Shown here one piece after another: positions 1-33,964 of a DNA stretch of 64,000 nucleotides. The stretch lies in the NCBI RefSeq assembly GCF_009914755.1, contig NC_060927.1. One strand, written 5' to 3'. The position numbers were made by a program, and so were the translations under genes. Numbering within the stretch: the stretch's first letter is position 1; the number at the start of each line of letters is the position of its first letter. The DNA is from the human T2T-CHM13v2.0 reference genome, Homo sapiens. The notes under the pieces were generated by a model. It made no database searches. It was not told the origin of the DNA and saw only the letters and a list, made by a program, of their open reading frames with translations.

Positions 1-2700
<2,700 letters not shown>

Positions 2701-2809
2701 CTAAACTTATTCATACCCTATGACTCAGCATTTCCAGTCCTGGTTATAGCCACAACAGAAATGAGTACTTAATATGTACCCAAAAAGTAATGTACAAGAA
2801 TATTTACAA

Positions 2810-5800
2810 CTTCAACAGCTCTTCATGGTAAAATCACTCAACAGACTAGGAATAGAAGTGGACTTTCTTCAGCAAGCTAAAACTGATTATAAACAAAAAC
2901 AACAACAACAAACACGAATTTCATCAACCTGATAAAGGACATCTACAAAATACCCACAGCTAATATCATTCTTAATGGTGAATGACAAATGCTATTTTCC
3001 TAAGATCAGGAACAAGACAAAGATGTCCACTTTCAACACTTCTATTCAACACTACACAGAAAGTTCTAGCCTCCAAGCAGTGAGGCAAGAAGTAAAAGGA
3101 AGTAAAAGGCATACAGATTGGAAAGAAGTAAACCTCTCTCTATTTGTAGACAGTACGATCCTGTAGGTAGAACATGCTACAGATTCCACTAAAAAACTAC
3201 TGGAACTAATTAAAAAGTTCAGTAAAGTAGCAGGACACAAAATCAATATACAAAATCAATTGTATTTCTACAGAGTAGCACTGAGCCAACAGAAAATGAA
3301 ATTGAGAAAACAATTCCATTTACAAATACATCAAAAAGAATAAAATACTTGGGAGTAAATTTAACAAAAATGTACACTCAACACAAACATTGTTGAAAGA
3401 AATTAAAGAAGACCTAGTTAGATGGAAAGTATCCTATTTTCTTGGATTGGAAGATTTAATATTTAATTTAAAATAGCAATGTTTCCACAAACTGATCTAT
3501 GGATTCAATGCAATCACTGTCAAAATACAAGATGGCTTTTTTGTAGAAATCGAAAAATTCATATGGAATTACAAGGGACCCAGAATAGCCAAAATGATCT
3601 TGATAAAAAGTAAAGTTGGGCCAGCACTTTGGGAGGCTGAGGCAGACAGATCACTTGAGTTCAGAAGTTCGAGACCAGCATGGCTAACATGGTGAAACCC
3701 CATCTCTCCTAAAAATACAAAAATTAGCCGGGTGTGGTGGCATGCGCTGTAATCCCAGCTACTCAGGAGGCTGAGGCAGGAGAATCACTGAACCCAGGAG
3801 GTGGAGGTTGCAGTGAGCCAAGATTGTGCCACTGCACTCTAGCCTGGGTGACAGCGAGGCTCTGTCTCAAAAAAAAAGGAATAAAGTTGGACAACTCAAA
3901 CTTCCTGATTTCAAAACTTTCAACAAAGCAACAAAGCTACAGTAATCAAGATAGTGATACTGGCATAAAGCTAGACCTACAGATGAATTGAAGTGAGAGT
4001 CCAGAAACAAACTCTCACAATGATGTTCAACTGATTTTGACAGGGGGCCAAGACAATTCAATGGGAAAAGAATAGTCTTCAACAAATGATGATGAGACAA
4101 CTGGATAGTCACATGAAGAATGAAATTTGACCTCTACCTTACAATACATACAAAAATTAACTCAAAAATGGAACAAAGACCTAAATGTAAGAGCTAAAAC
4201 TATAAAACTCTTAGAAAAAAAACATAGGCATAAATCTTATGACTTTGGGTTTGTTACATACGATGCCAAAAGTACAAACAACAAAAGAAAAATTAGAGAA
4301 GGTAAACATTATCAAAATTTTTAAATTTGGGGCATCAAAGGACACTATCAAAAAAGTGAAAAGATTAGTTAGCCAGGTATGGTGGTACACACCTGTAGTT
4401 CCAGCTACTTGGGAGGCTAAGGCAGGAGGATCACTTGAGCCCAGGAGTTTGGGGTTGCAATGAGCTATGATTGCGCCACTGCACTACAGCCTGGGCAACA
4501 GAGCAAGACCCTGTCTCTAAATGAATTAATTAATTTAATCAAAGTTAAAAAATAAAGTGAAGAGAAAATTCACAGAATGAGATAAAAATTTGACAAATTG
4601 TATATTTGATAAGGGACTTATATCTAGAATATATAAGAAACTATTACAATTCAATAATAAAAAGGCAAACTACCCATTTTTTTAAAAACAGGCAAATGAT
4701 CTAAAGAGACATTCTCCAAAGAAGATATGCAAATAACCAATGAGCAAACAAAAAGATGCTCAACAGCATTAGCCATCAGGAAAATGTACACCAAAACCAC
4801 AGTAAGATACCACTCACACCTTCTAGGATGGCTAAAATAAAAAAGACAGATAACAAGCTTTGGTGAAGATGTGGGTAAATTGGAATCCTCATACACTCCT
4901 GGTGGGTGTTGGGAACAAGCCCCTCAAAATCTGGCTGTAAACTGGCCCCAAAACTGGCCATAAACAAAATCTCTGCAGCACTATGACATGTTCATGATGG
5001 CCATAACGCCCATGCTGGAAGGTTGTGGGTTTACCGGAATGAGGGCAAGGAACACCTGGCCTGCCCAGGGCAGAAAACCACTTAAAGGCATTCTTAAGCC
5101 ACAAACAATAGCATGAGCAATCTGTGCCTTAAGGACATGCTCCTGCTGCAGTTAACTAGCCCAACCTATTCCTTTAATTCAGCCCATCCCTTCGTTTCCC
5201 ATAAGGGATACTTTTAGTTAATTTAATATCTATAGAAACAATGCTAATGACTGGCTTTGGCAGGTGGGAATGTAAAACGGTGCAGATGCTTTGGAAAATG
5301 GTTTGACAACTCCTGAACCAGTTAAATATAGTTACCACATGATCTAGCAGTTTCACTCTTACATATATACCCAAGAGAAATGAAAACATATTTCCACTGT
5401 CCACACAAAAACTTGTATACAAATGTCCATTGCGGCATTATTCACAATTGCCAAAAGGTGGAAACAACCCAAATGCCCATCAGCTGATGAATGGATAAAT
5501 AAAATGTGGTATACTCAATATTTTTCAGCAATAAAAGGAAATGAGGTACTAATGTAGTCTACAACATGAATGAACCTTGAAAACATGCCAAGAAGCCAGT
5601 CACAAGGACAAAATATTGTGATTCCATTTATATGAAATTTTCAGAATAGACAGATCTATAGAGAGAAAGTGGATTAATGGTTTCCTGGGGCTGGGGAAAT
5701 GGGGTGATCAGGTTGGAGGTGAAAAAGAACAAACTCTTGCTACAGGCAACAGTGTAGATGAATTTAACAGACATAGTGTTGAGTGAAAGAAGCCAGACAC

Positions 5801-6110
5801 AAAATAGTACATACTGTATGATTCCATTTATACAAAGTTCAAGAACAGGTAAAACCATTCAACGGCAAGAGAGTCAGCAGCTGTTACCTTTTGGGGTATT
5901 GGCTGGGAGTAGGAATAAGGCAGCCTTTTGTGGTTTTGGGAATGCTCTATTATCTTAATCTGGAAGGTGGGTACAAGAGTGAGTGTGAGTATGTATGTTT
6001 GTGAATACATCTATGTTAAAGAATTCATTTAGTTGTACACTGAATATTTGTTCACTTTACTATGTAAGTTCAAGCACAATAACAAAAATTGTATAGATAA
6101 AATAAAAAGT
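2810..6110 (+). mobile_element. Old L1 (L1M-type) ORF2 3' half and 3' UTR, interrupted by Alus (~3618-3878, ~4365-4520) and the LTR
   Basis: L1 ORF2-like motifs (acccacagctaatatcat, ggacacaaaatcaatatacaaaatc, gacctaaatgtaagagctaaaactataaaactcttag, aaacaacccaaatgcccatca); frames broken. Confidence 0.88.
4907..5262 (+). mobile_element. Solo LTR, MER9 (HERV-K9/HML-3) type, internally deleted, inserted in L1
   Basis: TG...CA termini, 6-bp TSD GGTGGG at 4901-4906 and 5263-5268; MER9-like start TGTTGGGAACAAGCCCC...AAAACTGGCCATAAACAAAATCTCTGCAGCA. Confidence 0.85.
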
Positions 6111-7009
6111 ACTATCCCACCAATCTAGTTAGCTTGGGAGCTTCCCTATAACTGAAGCAAACTGGATCAAAATGCTTCTCTCCTCTTCTCCAGGGCCACA
6201 TAGTCTGCATATTTTTAACTTTTCCTCTTCATGGCTGCCTTCGATTGTCACTAACTGATTTCAGAGAAACCTTGAGGCAGAGAAACCTTGTGGCTTCAGG
6301 GAATGCCAGAACTTGGACCTTTAGGTCTCAGAACCCCTCTAAAAAGGTTTTCCTTTATGGCTGAGGCCTCTTTCTCTTTCCAATTGAAGGCTTATCAGGA
6401 AGGAGGGTTCCCAGGAAGCAAGCTGGGCAGGCCTACGTACTTGAAGTCTCAGAGAGTCATATAATTAAAACTCCTTTGTATTGCCTGGGTTTTCCTCTCA
6501 TTATGCAGTAACCACACCCTTTTTATAACATTTATGATGTTACCTGCACATATACTCACTGGGAAACAATGTGAAGTTAAGCCTAGATCTGTGACTAACA
6601 CCATAAAAGCAAAACAATCGCTCTACCTCATAGGAGTGCTGCTAAAAAGACACAAAGACATATTTTAAAATATTTACGTTAAGAGCAATACCATAACCAG
6701 GTAACATAGATGAAAACTTCATAAACTGAAAGAGGTCACACAAATGACCAAGACATAGTTTTAACTATATCATGGAAATCTCCAAAAATTATGTTCATCT
6801 ATAAAGTAAGTGAAAGCACCGGAACAGCTTCCTCCAAATGAGCCTTGTAAATGGATCTACTAATAACACACTCCACTCTTAAATCTGAAAATAAACCAAG
6901 CCAATATTAAGTGAAAAGTAACCTCTGGTAAAACTGACACGCCACTTTAGGTAGCTGCAGCCATGCAAAAGTTTGATATCAAAGTATCTGAAAAGCATAG
7001 CATTCACCA

Positions 7010-7485
<476 letters not shown>

Positions 7486-7559
7486 TGTACCCAATTACTT
7501 TAGGTGGGCAAGGGCTTTCTAGAAGATCAAACACTTCAAACACCTGGCTTCAGCTCACA

Positions 7560-8050
7560 AGCACGGGACAAAAGCTCTCGGTCCTCTTCCTTGTTCTCCG
7601 CGGGGTTTGTAGTATGAATCTCAGGTCACAAACTCGGACTATCACCTTAATTCAGACCCTCCCTCCCGGAGTGATCTAGGTCGTGTGTCGTCTCTCCTTC
7701 TCCGCTGTTGCAGCACAGATGGAAATGGAATGGGTCTCGCTTGCAGTCTGTCACGACCTCCACTGACTTCTTCAGGGTGGTCGCTCGCGGTGGTCCTAAG
7801 GCGCTCTCATCCTCCACACCTCGCTGGGGGACCGGCGATCTCCTCCAAAGGGTCGCCCCAAACCCCGGCCGCGCCACCCCCAGCTCCAGGGGACCAGCAG
7901 CTGGCAGCTCCGCTCTCCCACCCTCAACAATGCCGGGTTTCCTCGCTTCTCCGGCTTTTACAAGAGGTCGGGAGAACGTTTGAACTGTGGTTGCTTCTTC
8001 TTTCAATCTTGCAACATTCCTGAAAGCCCCACGGAACCGAAATTTGGAGA
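7560..8050. promoter_or_regulatory. Orphan GC/CpG-rich element, candidate enhancer or CTCF site
   Basis: Local CpG enrichment outside Alu; CTCF-like CCAGCAGCTGGCAG 7894-7907. Confidence 0.5.
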
Positions 8051-9508
8051 GAACACAAATAACAAGTCTAAAAATTATCTTGCCACAGGATAGTAGGTGC
8101 TTCCTACCATTACCTAAGTAATTTGACACCATATATTATTTAATACACTTCAGGGTTATACATAAAGGTAAAATGTGAAAGCTTGCAACTAATAATTACA
8201 GCAATAAGCAAACACATGTTTTTCCTCTTTAGTTTCGCTTTTTAAAATTATCAAATTATTTTTATGGACGCAGTAATCAAAATAGAAACAATTTAGCCTA
8301 GGAAATTTAGCAAGACTCCATCTCTACAAAAAGTTAAACAATTACTTAGGTGTGGTGGCTGGTACCTGTAGTCCCAGCTACTCCGAAGGCTGAAGTGGGA
8401 AAATTGCTTGAGCTGGGGAGGTAGAGGCTACAGTGAGCTGATCACACCACTGCATTACAGCCTGGGCAACAGAGACCTTGTCTCAAAACAAGCAAACAAA
8501 CAAATATATTATACATTTTTAAAAAACACCCACATAACCCTATCACAAAAAAATCCACCAAGCTAATATTTTCATATTCTTTTCCCATTTTAGTATGTAT
8601 ATATCAGTACACATATTTTATGTCCTGCCCTTCTCACTTATTATTGATTTCCATGTTACCAAGTCACCTTGTTTCCATATAAGCTTTATGAAATTAATTT
8701 ACAGGAACTACATGACACTGATTATAATATGCACATATCCTTCAACCTATTATCCACTCCTCAGATTCTACTTAAGTATTCTTTTTTAAGTATACTACAG
8801 TCTTTTCTCCCCTGTAAGTTTTTCATTTCTTCCCACATTTAGAGGAAACAATGCTTTCCACATCTTACTGCACCCCCTGGCTCTCTTCTGCTCAGTAACA
8901 GCAACTGTCTCAGTCAAGCGCCTCTCTGTGGAACACTGTTGTTCCTTCACAGACAAAGCCATAAAATCAGTGAAAAGCAGAGCCAGCTGCTCGCCCACTG
9001 CTAGAGGAAGAGGTCATCTCTCTTGCCTTTTATCCCATCTCAAAACATGTTATCCCTCTAATGCCTTTAGAGTTCCCTGGACTGGGCATACAGAGGTGTC
9101 CTCAAAGTGTTTTCAGAACTCTGATAATATAGGAGCAAAATCTGCTGAATCTTCCTTCCTAGAAACAAAAGTGATAAGGCCCAACCTTGAAATCTAGATG
9201 AAAATCCTGAATGTAACTTCATCTTTCAAGTTTCTGCAGTGGTTTCCAAAATGCATTTCACAGGGAGCTGTTTGGCATAGGTCAATGAAGAATGGATTTT
9301 CTGTTCCCAGAACCTTAAAATATTTATACTCTGTGCATATTCCAGAAATCAACAATAGCCCCCTACTGCCCATCACCAATTCTTCCATAAATAGATAAAG
9401 CACCTAATAGGTAACTCCCTGACAGTGGCTAGAATCAAGTGTTCATTTAATGGCCCCTTAGAGTTTCTCAGAAGTTTCTGGAGAAAATGGGAAGAATGAT
9501 GTTAAAGT

Positions 9509-9901
9509 GCAGTCAGGTGTCACTTAACAGGAACATCTGAGAAATACGTCACAATTTCACCATTATGTAAACATCTTATGCTGTACTAAACCTAGATAAC
9601 ATAGCTTACTACACACTTAGGCTACATGGTATAGCCTATTGCTTCTAGGCTATAAACCCATACAGCATGTTGCTGTACTGAATGTGGCAGGCAATTGTAA
9701 CACAATGGTAAGTATTTGTTTATCTAAATATATATAAACATAGAAAAGTTAAAGCATTGCATTATGACATTACGATGGCTTATGACAGCTATGATGTCAC
9801 TAGGAAATAGGAATTTTTCAATTTCATTATAATTTTATAGGAGCACCGTCATATATGTGGTCAAATGTTGACCAAAACATTACTATACAGTACCTGACTA
9901 T
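9509..9901. mobile_element. Tigger3a/MER7A-like DNA transposon
   Basis: cagtca...tgacta ends; acacacttaggctacatggtatagcctattgcttctaggcta motif. Confidence 0.75.
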
Positions 9902-10450
9902 AGTTCCTTTGCTTTATCCCTGACTCCTACTCCAAAGTTTGGCTCTATCAACTGAGCAAAAGATAGAGGAAAAAATACTGTTTTCTTTCACTATGAAGGT
10001 AAAAAATATAACAAAGTCTTCTCGGAAAAATTCCTATAAAATCCAAGGTTAGAACATTTGGAAATAGCAAAAAAGATTATTGGGTATCTCAAATGGAAAA
10101 CTAAGCACTATTTAGAACCCACCTTTCAGGTTATCTGATTGTACCTTTCCATTGCTTTTGAATTATTTTACAACTCTGTAAATTGTCAATAAGTGATAAC
10201 AATGCAAAGTTAGTGTTGTTTACAAAGACATTTTGTTAGAGATCCAATTTTCTGCCCCCTGTTGAAAAAGTCAGTTTCTCCATCCATTTGTAAATTCATT
10301 TCAGTATTGCTTTGCTCCACATAAATTTGTGCTTCTTTGACTTCTCCTTTGAACTCATTGTTTAACATCTTACTATTTCTTCATTTATAATGACTTAAAT
10401 AAAATCTTTAACACATGTTCATTTTATATCTGTATAGAGTCATAATTTTA

Positions 10451-11088
<638 letters not shown>

Positions 11089-11544
11089 GTGAAAATCATC
11101 CTTTAACAAGGTCAAGCCTTCCAATTTCAATAAGAGGACTGGGAAAATCTACCCCTACGTTCAAAGAATTGCTAAATAAAATACAACAATAATTCTCTTG
11201 AGTAGCTAAACTCACAAGTTATAAAGGAGAATCTCCAAGTGCCAGAGTGAAGAAGGAATGGAAAACTGAGCACAGCAGATAATCCTGTGGCTGTCCTAGA
11301 AGCTACAAAGGGACTAGAGATAAACTCTTGAATCCACAAAGGTTAGGGAGGTGAAGGTGAATAAATTGAGATCTTTGAGTTAAAAAGTGGACCAGCATGA
11401 AATGTATCTACTACCAAGTCAGAAAGATGCTTAGGAAGCTTATCTTCCTCTTTTCTGGACTTTGGAGTCCAGAAAATAAAACGTATTTATTTATTTGAAT
11501 TTTAAAACTTTGGGCCTAATTACCTCAACTCAGATCTGGTGTAA

Positions 11545-11854
<310 letters not shown>

Positions 11855-11899
11855 GTGTAAAAATTTTAGAATCCAAGAACTTTAACCCCCAAACCTCGG

Positions 11900-14500
<2,601 letters not shown>

Positions 14501-14511
14501 GAAATCTCAAA

Positions 14512-23960
<9,449 letters not shown>

Positions 23961-23994
23961 GAGGAAGGTATAAAATCAAATTCCATTTTGTTTA

Positions 23995-28194
<4,200 letters not shown>

Positions 28195-29270
28195 CAGATG
28201 AAAAATTATTAAAAACTCTAGCAAAATAATTTTTAAAAATGTAACCTTAAATGTATCACAGTGGTAACATTACTAGCCCTTGCATTTTTGTGCTGTACAG
28301 GGAGCACCACTAGTAAATTTGTCACTAGTTTTTTTTAAATGCACCCATAAAAGGACAGATTCCTTTTTCCTTCGAATTGGCAATTAAAAAAAAATTAAAG
28401 AATTTCTGTAAAAGCAGAAGCAAAGAGCTCGTGAAAACAGAAGTGTTCTAAGTGTAAGTTTTGCAATCATTCCTATTACCATAAAGTACAAGAAACTTTG
28501 GTTCGTTTCTGCTCTCCCCCAATTAGCTCTGTGATTGAAAAAAACAAAAAACAACAAAAAAAATTTATCTGGCTTTACTTGTCCTTTGACATACTTATTA
28601 CAATTGTAGTTATGCTTTCATTTTGTCTGTTCCTTCTCTACTGGTCTGAGATATTTCAGTGTCAGGACTATGTATTCACAGTTCCATACCTGGCATATAA
28701 GTTGTTCACTGACTAAAATGCATGTTTTTGTTAATCTGCAAATTGAAGCAGTTGGATTAAATTTTCCATGTCCCTTCTTTGTTTCTGTGATATATATTTA
28801 CTTTGAATTACCTAAGCCTAGGCAGTTAATTTTTCCCTTAATTTCTAGCCTTTTATTGCTCATTAATCCTCTTTCTAAATAAGGACATGTGTCCTAATTC
28901 AATTTGAAAATAAAGTAGTACAAGTAGCTACTGTGGTACTAAGTTTAGACAGGAAATGCTTCTCTGAGGGAGTGCCATAGAGTTTGCTGTTGAAGCCAAT
29001 CAACTCCTACCTCTTGAAGTTACGGTTTGCATCTAAAAAATAAATTTAAAAACTACAAAGGCAAGTAAAGGCAAATCAAACTTAAGAACAATTTCTAAAT
29101 GGAGAATCTGATGCTCTAAGTTTCACAAATGAAGCATAATAAAGTTTTGCTGGTGAACCTACTAAGCCCAGGAACATAATCCAGCTCTCCATGGTTGTCC
29201 TTTGTACCAACAGAACTCCAGTAACCTCAGTGAGAAGAGTCATGGCCCTGCAGTTGACTATCCACATTTC

Positions 29271-29276
29271 TTTAAT
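29271..29276 (-). terminator. Candidate distal poly(A) signal ATTAAA of SERP1
   Basis: tttaat on plus strand near the end of the repeat-free UTR block. Confidence 0.5.
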
Positions 29277-31487
29277 GTAAGTCAAAGCCCATCACAATGC
29301 ATCCTGTTACAATGGAAATCTTATTTTTGGAAGTCCACTTAATTATTTTGAGCAACATTATATACAACCCAACAGATACAATTAATTGACAACTTGTTGA
29401 AATGTTAGAGCTAAACCACAAAGAGTAACTGAGTAATGTTGACAACCCCAATATTTATTCTCATACTGTGCTCAACATTAGATGATCTATAAAATTCAAC
29501 TGGCAAAGGGAGATCAAAGAATTGTGCTTCATCTTGAGCTTGAATTGGATGACAAGGAGATTAGGAAATCCTAAGTGGAAAAATATTCAAATCATTGTGC
29601 TTTCTATATATTTTTCTTACCACCTATTTCCAGTTATAAACCTTACATCTGTGCCTCTGCATACCATTTAAGTACAATACTAAACATTCTTTAAAATCAT
29701 TTTCTACTAACTATAAAAGGTACACTCAGATAACTGTAAAATCATTTCCGTTTAGAAGAAAAGCATCAAATATTCAGGGAACTTTATTTTTAAAGAATAA
29801 ATCAAGTAAGACACAGCTTTCGTTTACCTAAACATGCATAATCCAACCTGAATATAAACTGCACTTAATTGGTGAATTACACATGAAATACAAAGGGAAT
29901 GCAATTTTACATATGTAAAATGATTGCTAGCTATAGCAATTTAACAGTCAAATTTATCAGAACATTGTACATTAAAAAACACAAACAACAACTTAAAGCC
30001 AAATATCTATAGTAAACCAAGGAAAATTCTGATATGGAATGGTTTGACTAAAAGCAAAGAATAAGGCACCTGCTATGAATTTAGCACAACCATAAAACAG
30101 AATTAGTTAACCAAGACACTTGTTTCAAAAAGGGAAACAAGTACAGAGACTGATTAACTGGGTGAGAAAGGCAAGTAACAATTTAGTTAAAAACCTGCTG
30201 GCCCAAGGTCAGTTGATTCATTCCTTATTCCAGAATAGTTAAGTTCCTGAAAGTCCTTAACCACTCTGCTCCCTTACTGTTCTCCATGTTTGAGGGTATC
30301 AGAAGCCCCCTGTGAGGTTCATGCTGTGTATAGACTAGGTAGCAGATTTCCCTTCTGTTCCTCTTAAAACAGCTTATTTTAAAAGAAATATCCTGAGGCA
30401 ATTAACAAAGCAAACACAAGCAGCTTTCTTTCCAACGCATTAATACATAGACACTGCTCAGGTTTTTTTTCACCAAGTTATGGCTAAGTATACAAATAGC
30501 CAATACTTGCAGTTTTCAACAGTACTAGAAAACCCAAAACCTGCCCTATGACCCTCACCCTTACCATTAGTAAAACGTAAATTTGATCAATCATAACCTA
30601 TAAAGTCATATAACAAAGGGAAGACTAAAGACTGATCATTATCAGTAAATCCATTCAATTCCAGATGCCACTTTAGGCTGATGTGTCTAGTACCCTAATG
30701 ATTGAAAAATCATTAATCTAGAAAAAGCATTTGCAAACTAAGGATAACTTCGCAGTTGATGTGCCTTTTTTTGCTATTAAAAGTGCTATTTAACATGCTA
30801 AAATGTCTTATGGCACATTGGACTCAACAGCATGTTCTGATGAGGCATCCATTTTTAGCAGTATTTTTCCCTAGAATTTTGTTTGGCATAGTAAACCCCT
30901 TTGATATATTAAAATAGTTCTGGTGAAATAAATGTAACATAAACAAACCTTCCCTGACTGACTTCACTCCACCACGGTAGCTTTTAGTGAAACCACAGTA
31001 ACTGATTAAGTCAGAAAACGATCAAGTTTTTTTTTATGGCATCTTGGGTTACTATACTCACTCATGCAAAATCCAAGGTAGTGTAATGGAAACAATATTG
31101 GTAAAATAGATGTTGTGGCTATAAGCATCTCCCTTTATATTAGACATTTAGAAGCTTTTAAAACTTTTTAGATGCTAAAGGTTGTGGCAAAACTAGGCTG
31201 TGTAGTTGTTCCATTTATAAGCACCTTATTACAGGACAGTTACATGAACCTATAAGGGAGTGTGCTTTCAGTTCAAAAGAGTAATAAAGTGCCTAGCTAT
31301 ATAAAAACCACAAGACTTCAAATTGTAATTTAAGCTAACTGCAGTTATACATTTGGGTTAACAAAATCTAGACCCTGTCTATGCAGAGTTAGACTAATTG
31401 TTCATACTGTTTTAATAACCACATAAAAAAACTTACTCTTAATTGACTGAATAAGTAGGGTCCACTACTGTATCTTAACAATCAAAT

Positions 31488-31501
31488 TTTATTGCTTTAT
31501 T
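31488..31501 (-). terminator. Tandem proximal poly(A) signals (AATAAA-GC-AATAAA) of SERP1
   Basis: Plus strand reads tttatt-gc-tttatt, ~210 nt after the stop codon. Confidence 0.7.
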
Positions 31502-31712
31502 CATGTGGTGTTTTTTGCAAGGCACTGTGGTATGGACTAGAAAACTTGGAATGACTCATGAAGAAACCTTGGAATGACACATGAAGCATGATAGGAAAGT
31601 CATTCTGAGGCAGGATGCTTTACTGAATTGTTTTCAACCAGGGTATCAAACATCAGGAATGAGTTCAAGTTAAAATTCACAGGAGAATGGAAACATCTTA
31701 AGGTCAGTCACT

Positions 31713-31753
31713 TCACATGCCCATCCTGATACTTTGAATAATCTGGAAAATTG
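31713..31753 (-). CDS. SERP1: SERP1 coding exon 3 ((A)IFQIIQSIRMGM-stop)
   Basis: TTTTTACAG acceptor; TGA at 31715-31713; 84+76+41=201 nt = 66 aa plus stop. Confidence 0.98.
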
Positions 31754-32883
31754 CTGTAAAAAGAAAGAGCAAATATTAAAATAAGCTTTGAATAAAATAG
31801 GTCTGGTGTCTAACAAATATTTATTAAGGTAGCTGAAGAATCCAAAGGTACTCTTACATTTGCAAATGGTACATAACTTCAGTATAATAAGAAGTGAAGA
31901 CAGGCCTGTCTGAATAAATAAAACAATGAAATATCCCTGAGTTATTTTTTTATCTTAGCTTCGCTGAACTTTATGTCTAAGTATCCAAGAGAACTTGCAG
32001 ATAAGTAATCATTTTACAAAGAACTTAAAGCACCAAAGCCAACAGGTTTTTCCAGCATAGAATTATTTTGGTTTATAAGCATCCTTTTAAGGCCTGGCCT
32101 GTAACACATGCATGTTTCCTCATTCTCACAAAGCTGAAATTCAATCATCTTCAGGTTATATAAACTGCTTGGCTCTCATCCATTTATCAGGAAAGCTTCC
32201 AATTGGTAAGTGAAGAAGAAAGGCAAAGTGAAACGTTAAACAGAAATCTCAGTAATTTTAGAATGTGGAAAACAAACATCTACTTCAATATTAACAGCTT
32301 GCATATTAAAATGATAAATGAAGAGAGGAAAGACCTTTTTTTTGTAATCTATTTGCAAAGGCAAGTGTCTGTTACTCTTAGGGGACAGCAGGCTACCCCG
32401 ACACTTTTTTTTTAAACCATGTATCAAACGTTTCTTTTATTAACCTAAAAACATTTGACTCACACATTAAAATGCCAATCAGGTAATTTCCTCTATAGTG
32501 AATCAATTCTTTGCACAAGCTTTATTTTATAAAATATACTCAATTTTGACATTAAGACATTAGATTCTGGTATATGTTAAATCAAGTTCTAACATCTATA
32601 GTACATATTTATAATTTTCTTTGCAAAGACTGATAATGGAGTTACAAAACATTCTAAATTCTCATTTCGTTAGGTTTTGTCCGGTCTTAACATTTATTCC
32701 AACTGGATCATTACCAAGACCTGACCTCCTTTTTGATCTCCTGTGAGTACAAATTAAGCTGGGAGAAGTTTCTGGAGCACCACCCTCTGTGCATATGTGG
32801 AACAAGTAATTTGGTTCAGACGAAACAGAATTATGTGGAGTCCTCGGCAGGTGGGTTGAGAACTACGCAGGTAGGACTCACTA

Positions 32884-33057
<174 letters not shown>

Positions 33058-33189
33058 TCAGATGCAGAGAAACCACTCGGACCCCAGGCTCCCACGCCTG
33101 CACGCCGGTCGCCGGCCCCCTCACCTCACAGGTCTCCCCTTCCGTTCCCGAGCCCCCACAGTCTGGCGGTTCGCAGACTCGGGCCCCTA

Positions 33190-33507
<318 letters not shown>

Positions 33508-33964
33508 TCAGGCCAGACGCTAGCTACGGCCGCTGGGCCTGGGCGCCGCAAGCGCGAGGTCTGAGCACAAGCCGGGCGCCGGCCGCCGACTGACTGACCG
33601 AGCAGGGCAGGTGCGCAGGAGGAAGAGAACTGGCCGCCGGGTCGTTCTCGCGCCGCCGTCGCCGCCGCTTTGGCCGCCGCCGTGAGCGCGGAGTGAAAGA
33701 GGAAGGAAACGCAACGCAACAACGGGAATGTGCAGCCCGCCGCCTCGATCTACTTTGGGTTCGGCTGCCAACGTCAGCACTAGACGGACTCCGCCCCGCG
33801 GAAGTGCGCGCCCCTCCCGCTGGAGAAGGAGGGCGAAAGCAGGCGCACCCTCCCAAGCTCTGTCAAGCGTCGCCCTAGATTTGCGCGTGCGCGTTCGGGC
33901 GCCTTTTCCGCGTCACTCCGTAACCGGAAGTGAATTGGCCCCGAGGCTGATGGCTCCGGAAACA

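Larger units (their letters stand above)
29250..31712 (-). other. SERP1: SERP1 long 3' UTR (3' end approximate)
   Basis: About 2.4 kb of Alu-free AT-rich sequence after the stop; minus-strand poly(A) hexamers at 31501-31496, 31493-31488, 29788-29783, 29459-29454 and ATTAAA at 29276-29271. Confidence 0.75.

Noticed and set aside
7647-8132. 161-aa minus-strand ORF over the orphan GC-rich patch
   Set aside because: No recognisable domain or splice support; GC content explains the open frame
33934-33944. Possible ERSE-II (ATTGG-N-CCACG)
   Set aside because: Reads ATTGG-C-CCCGA; only a CCAAT box
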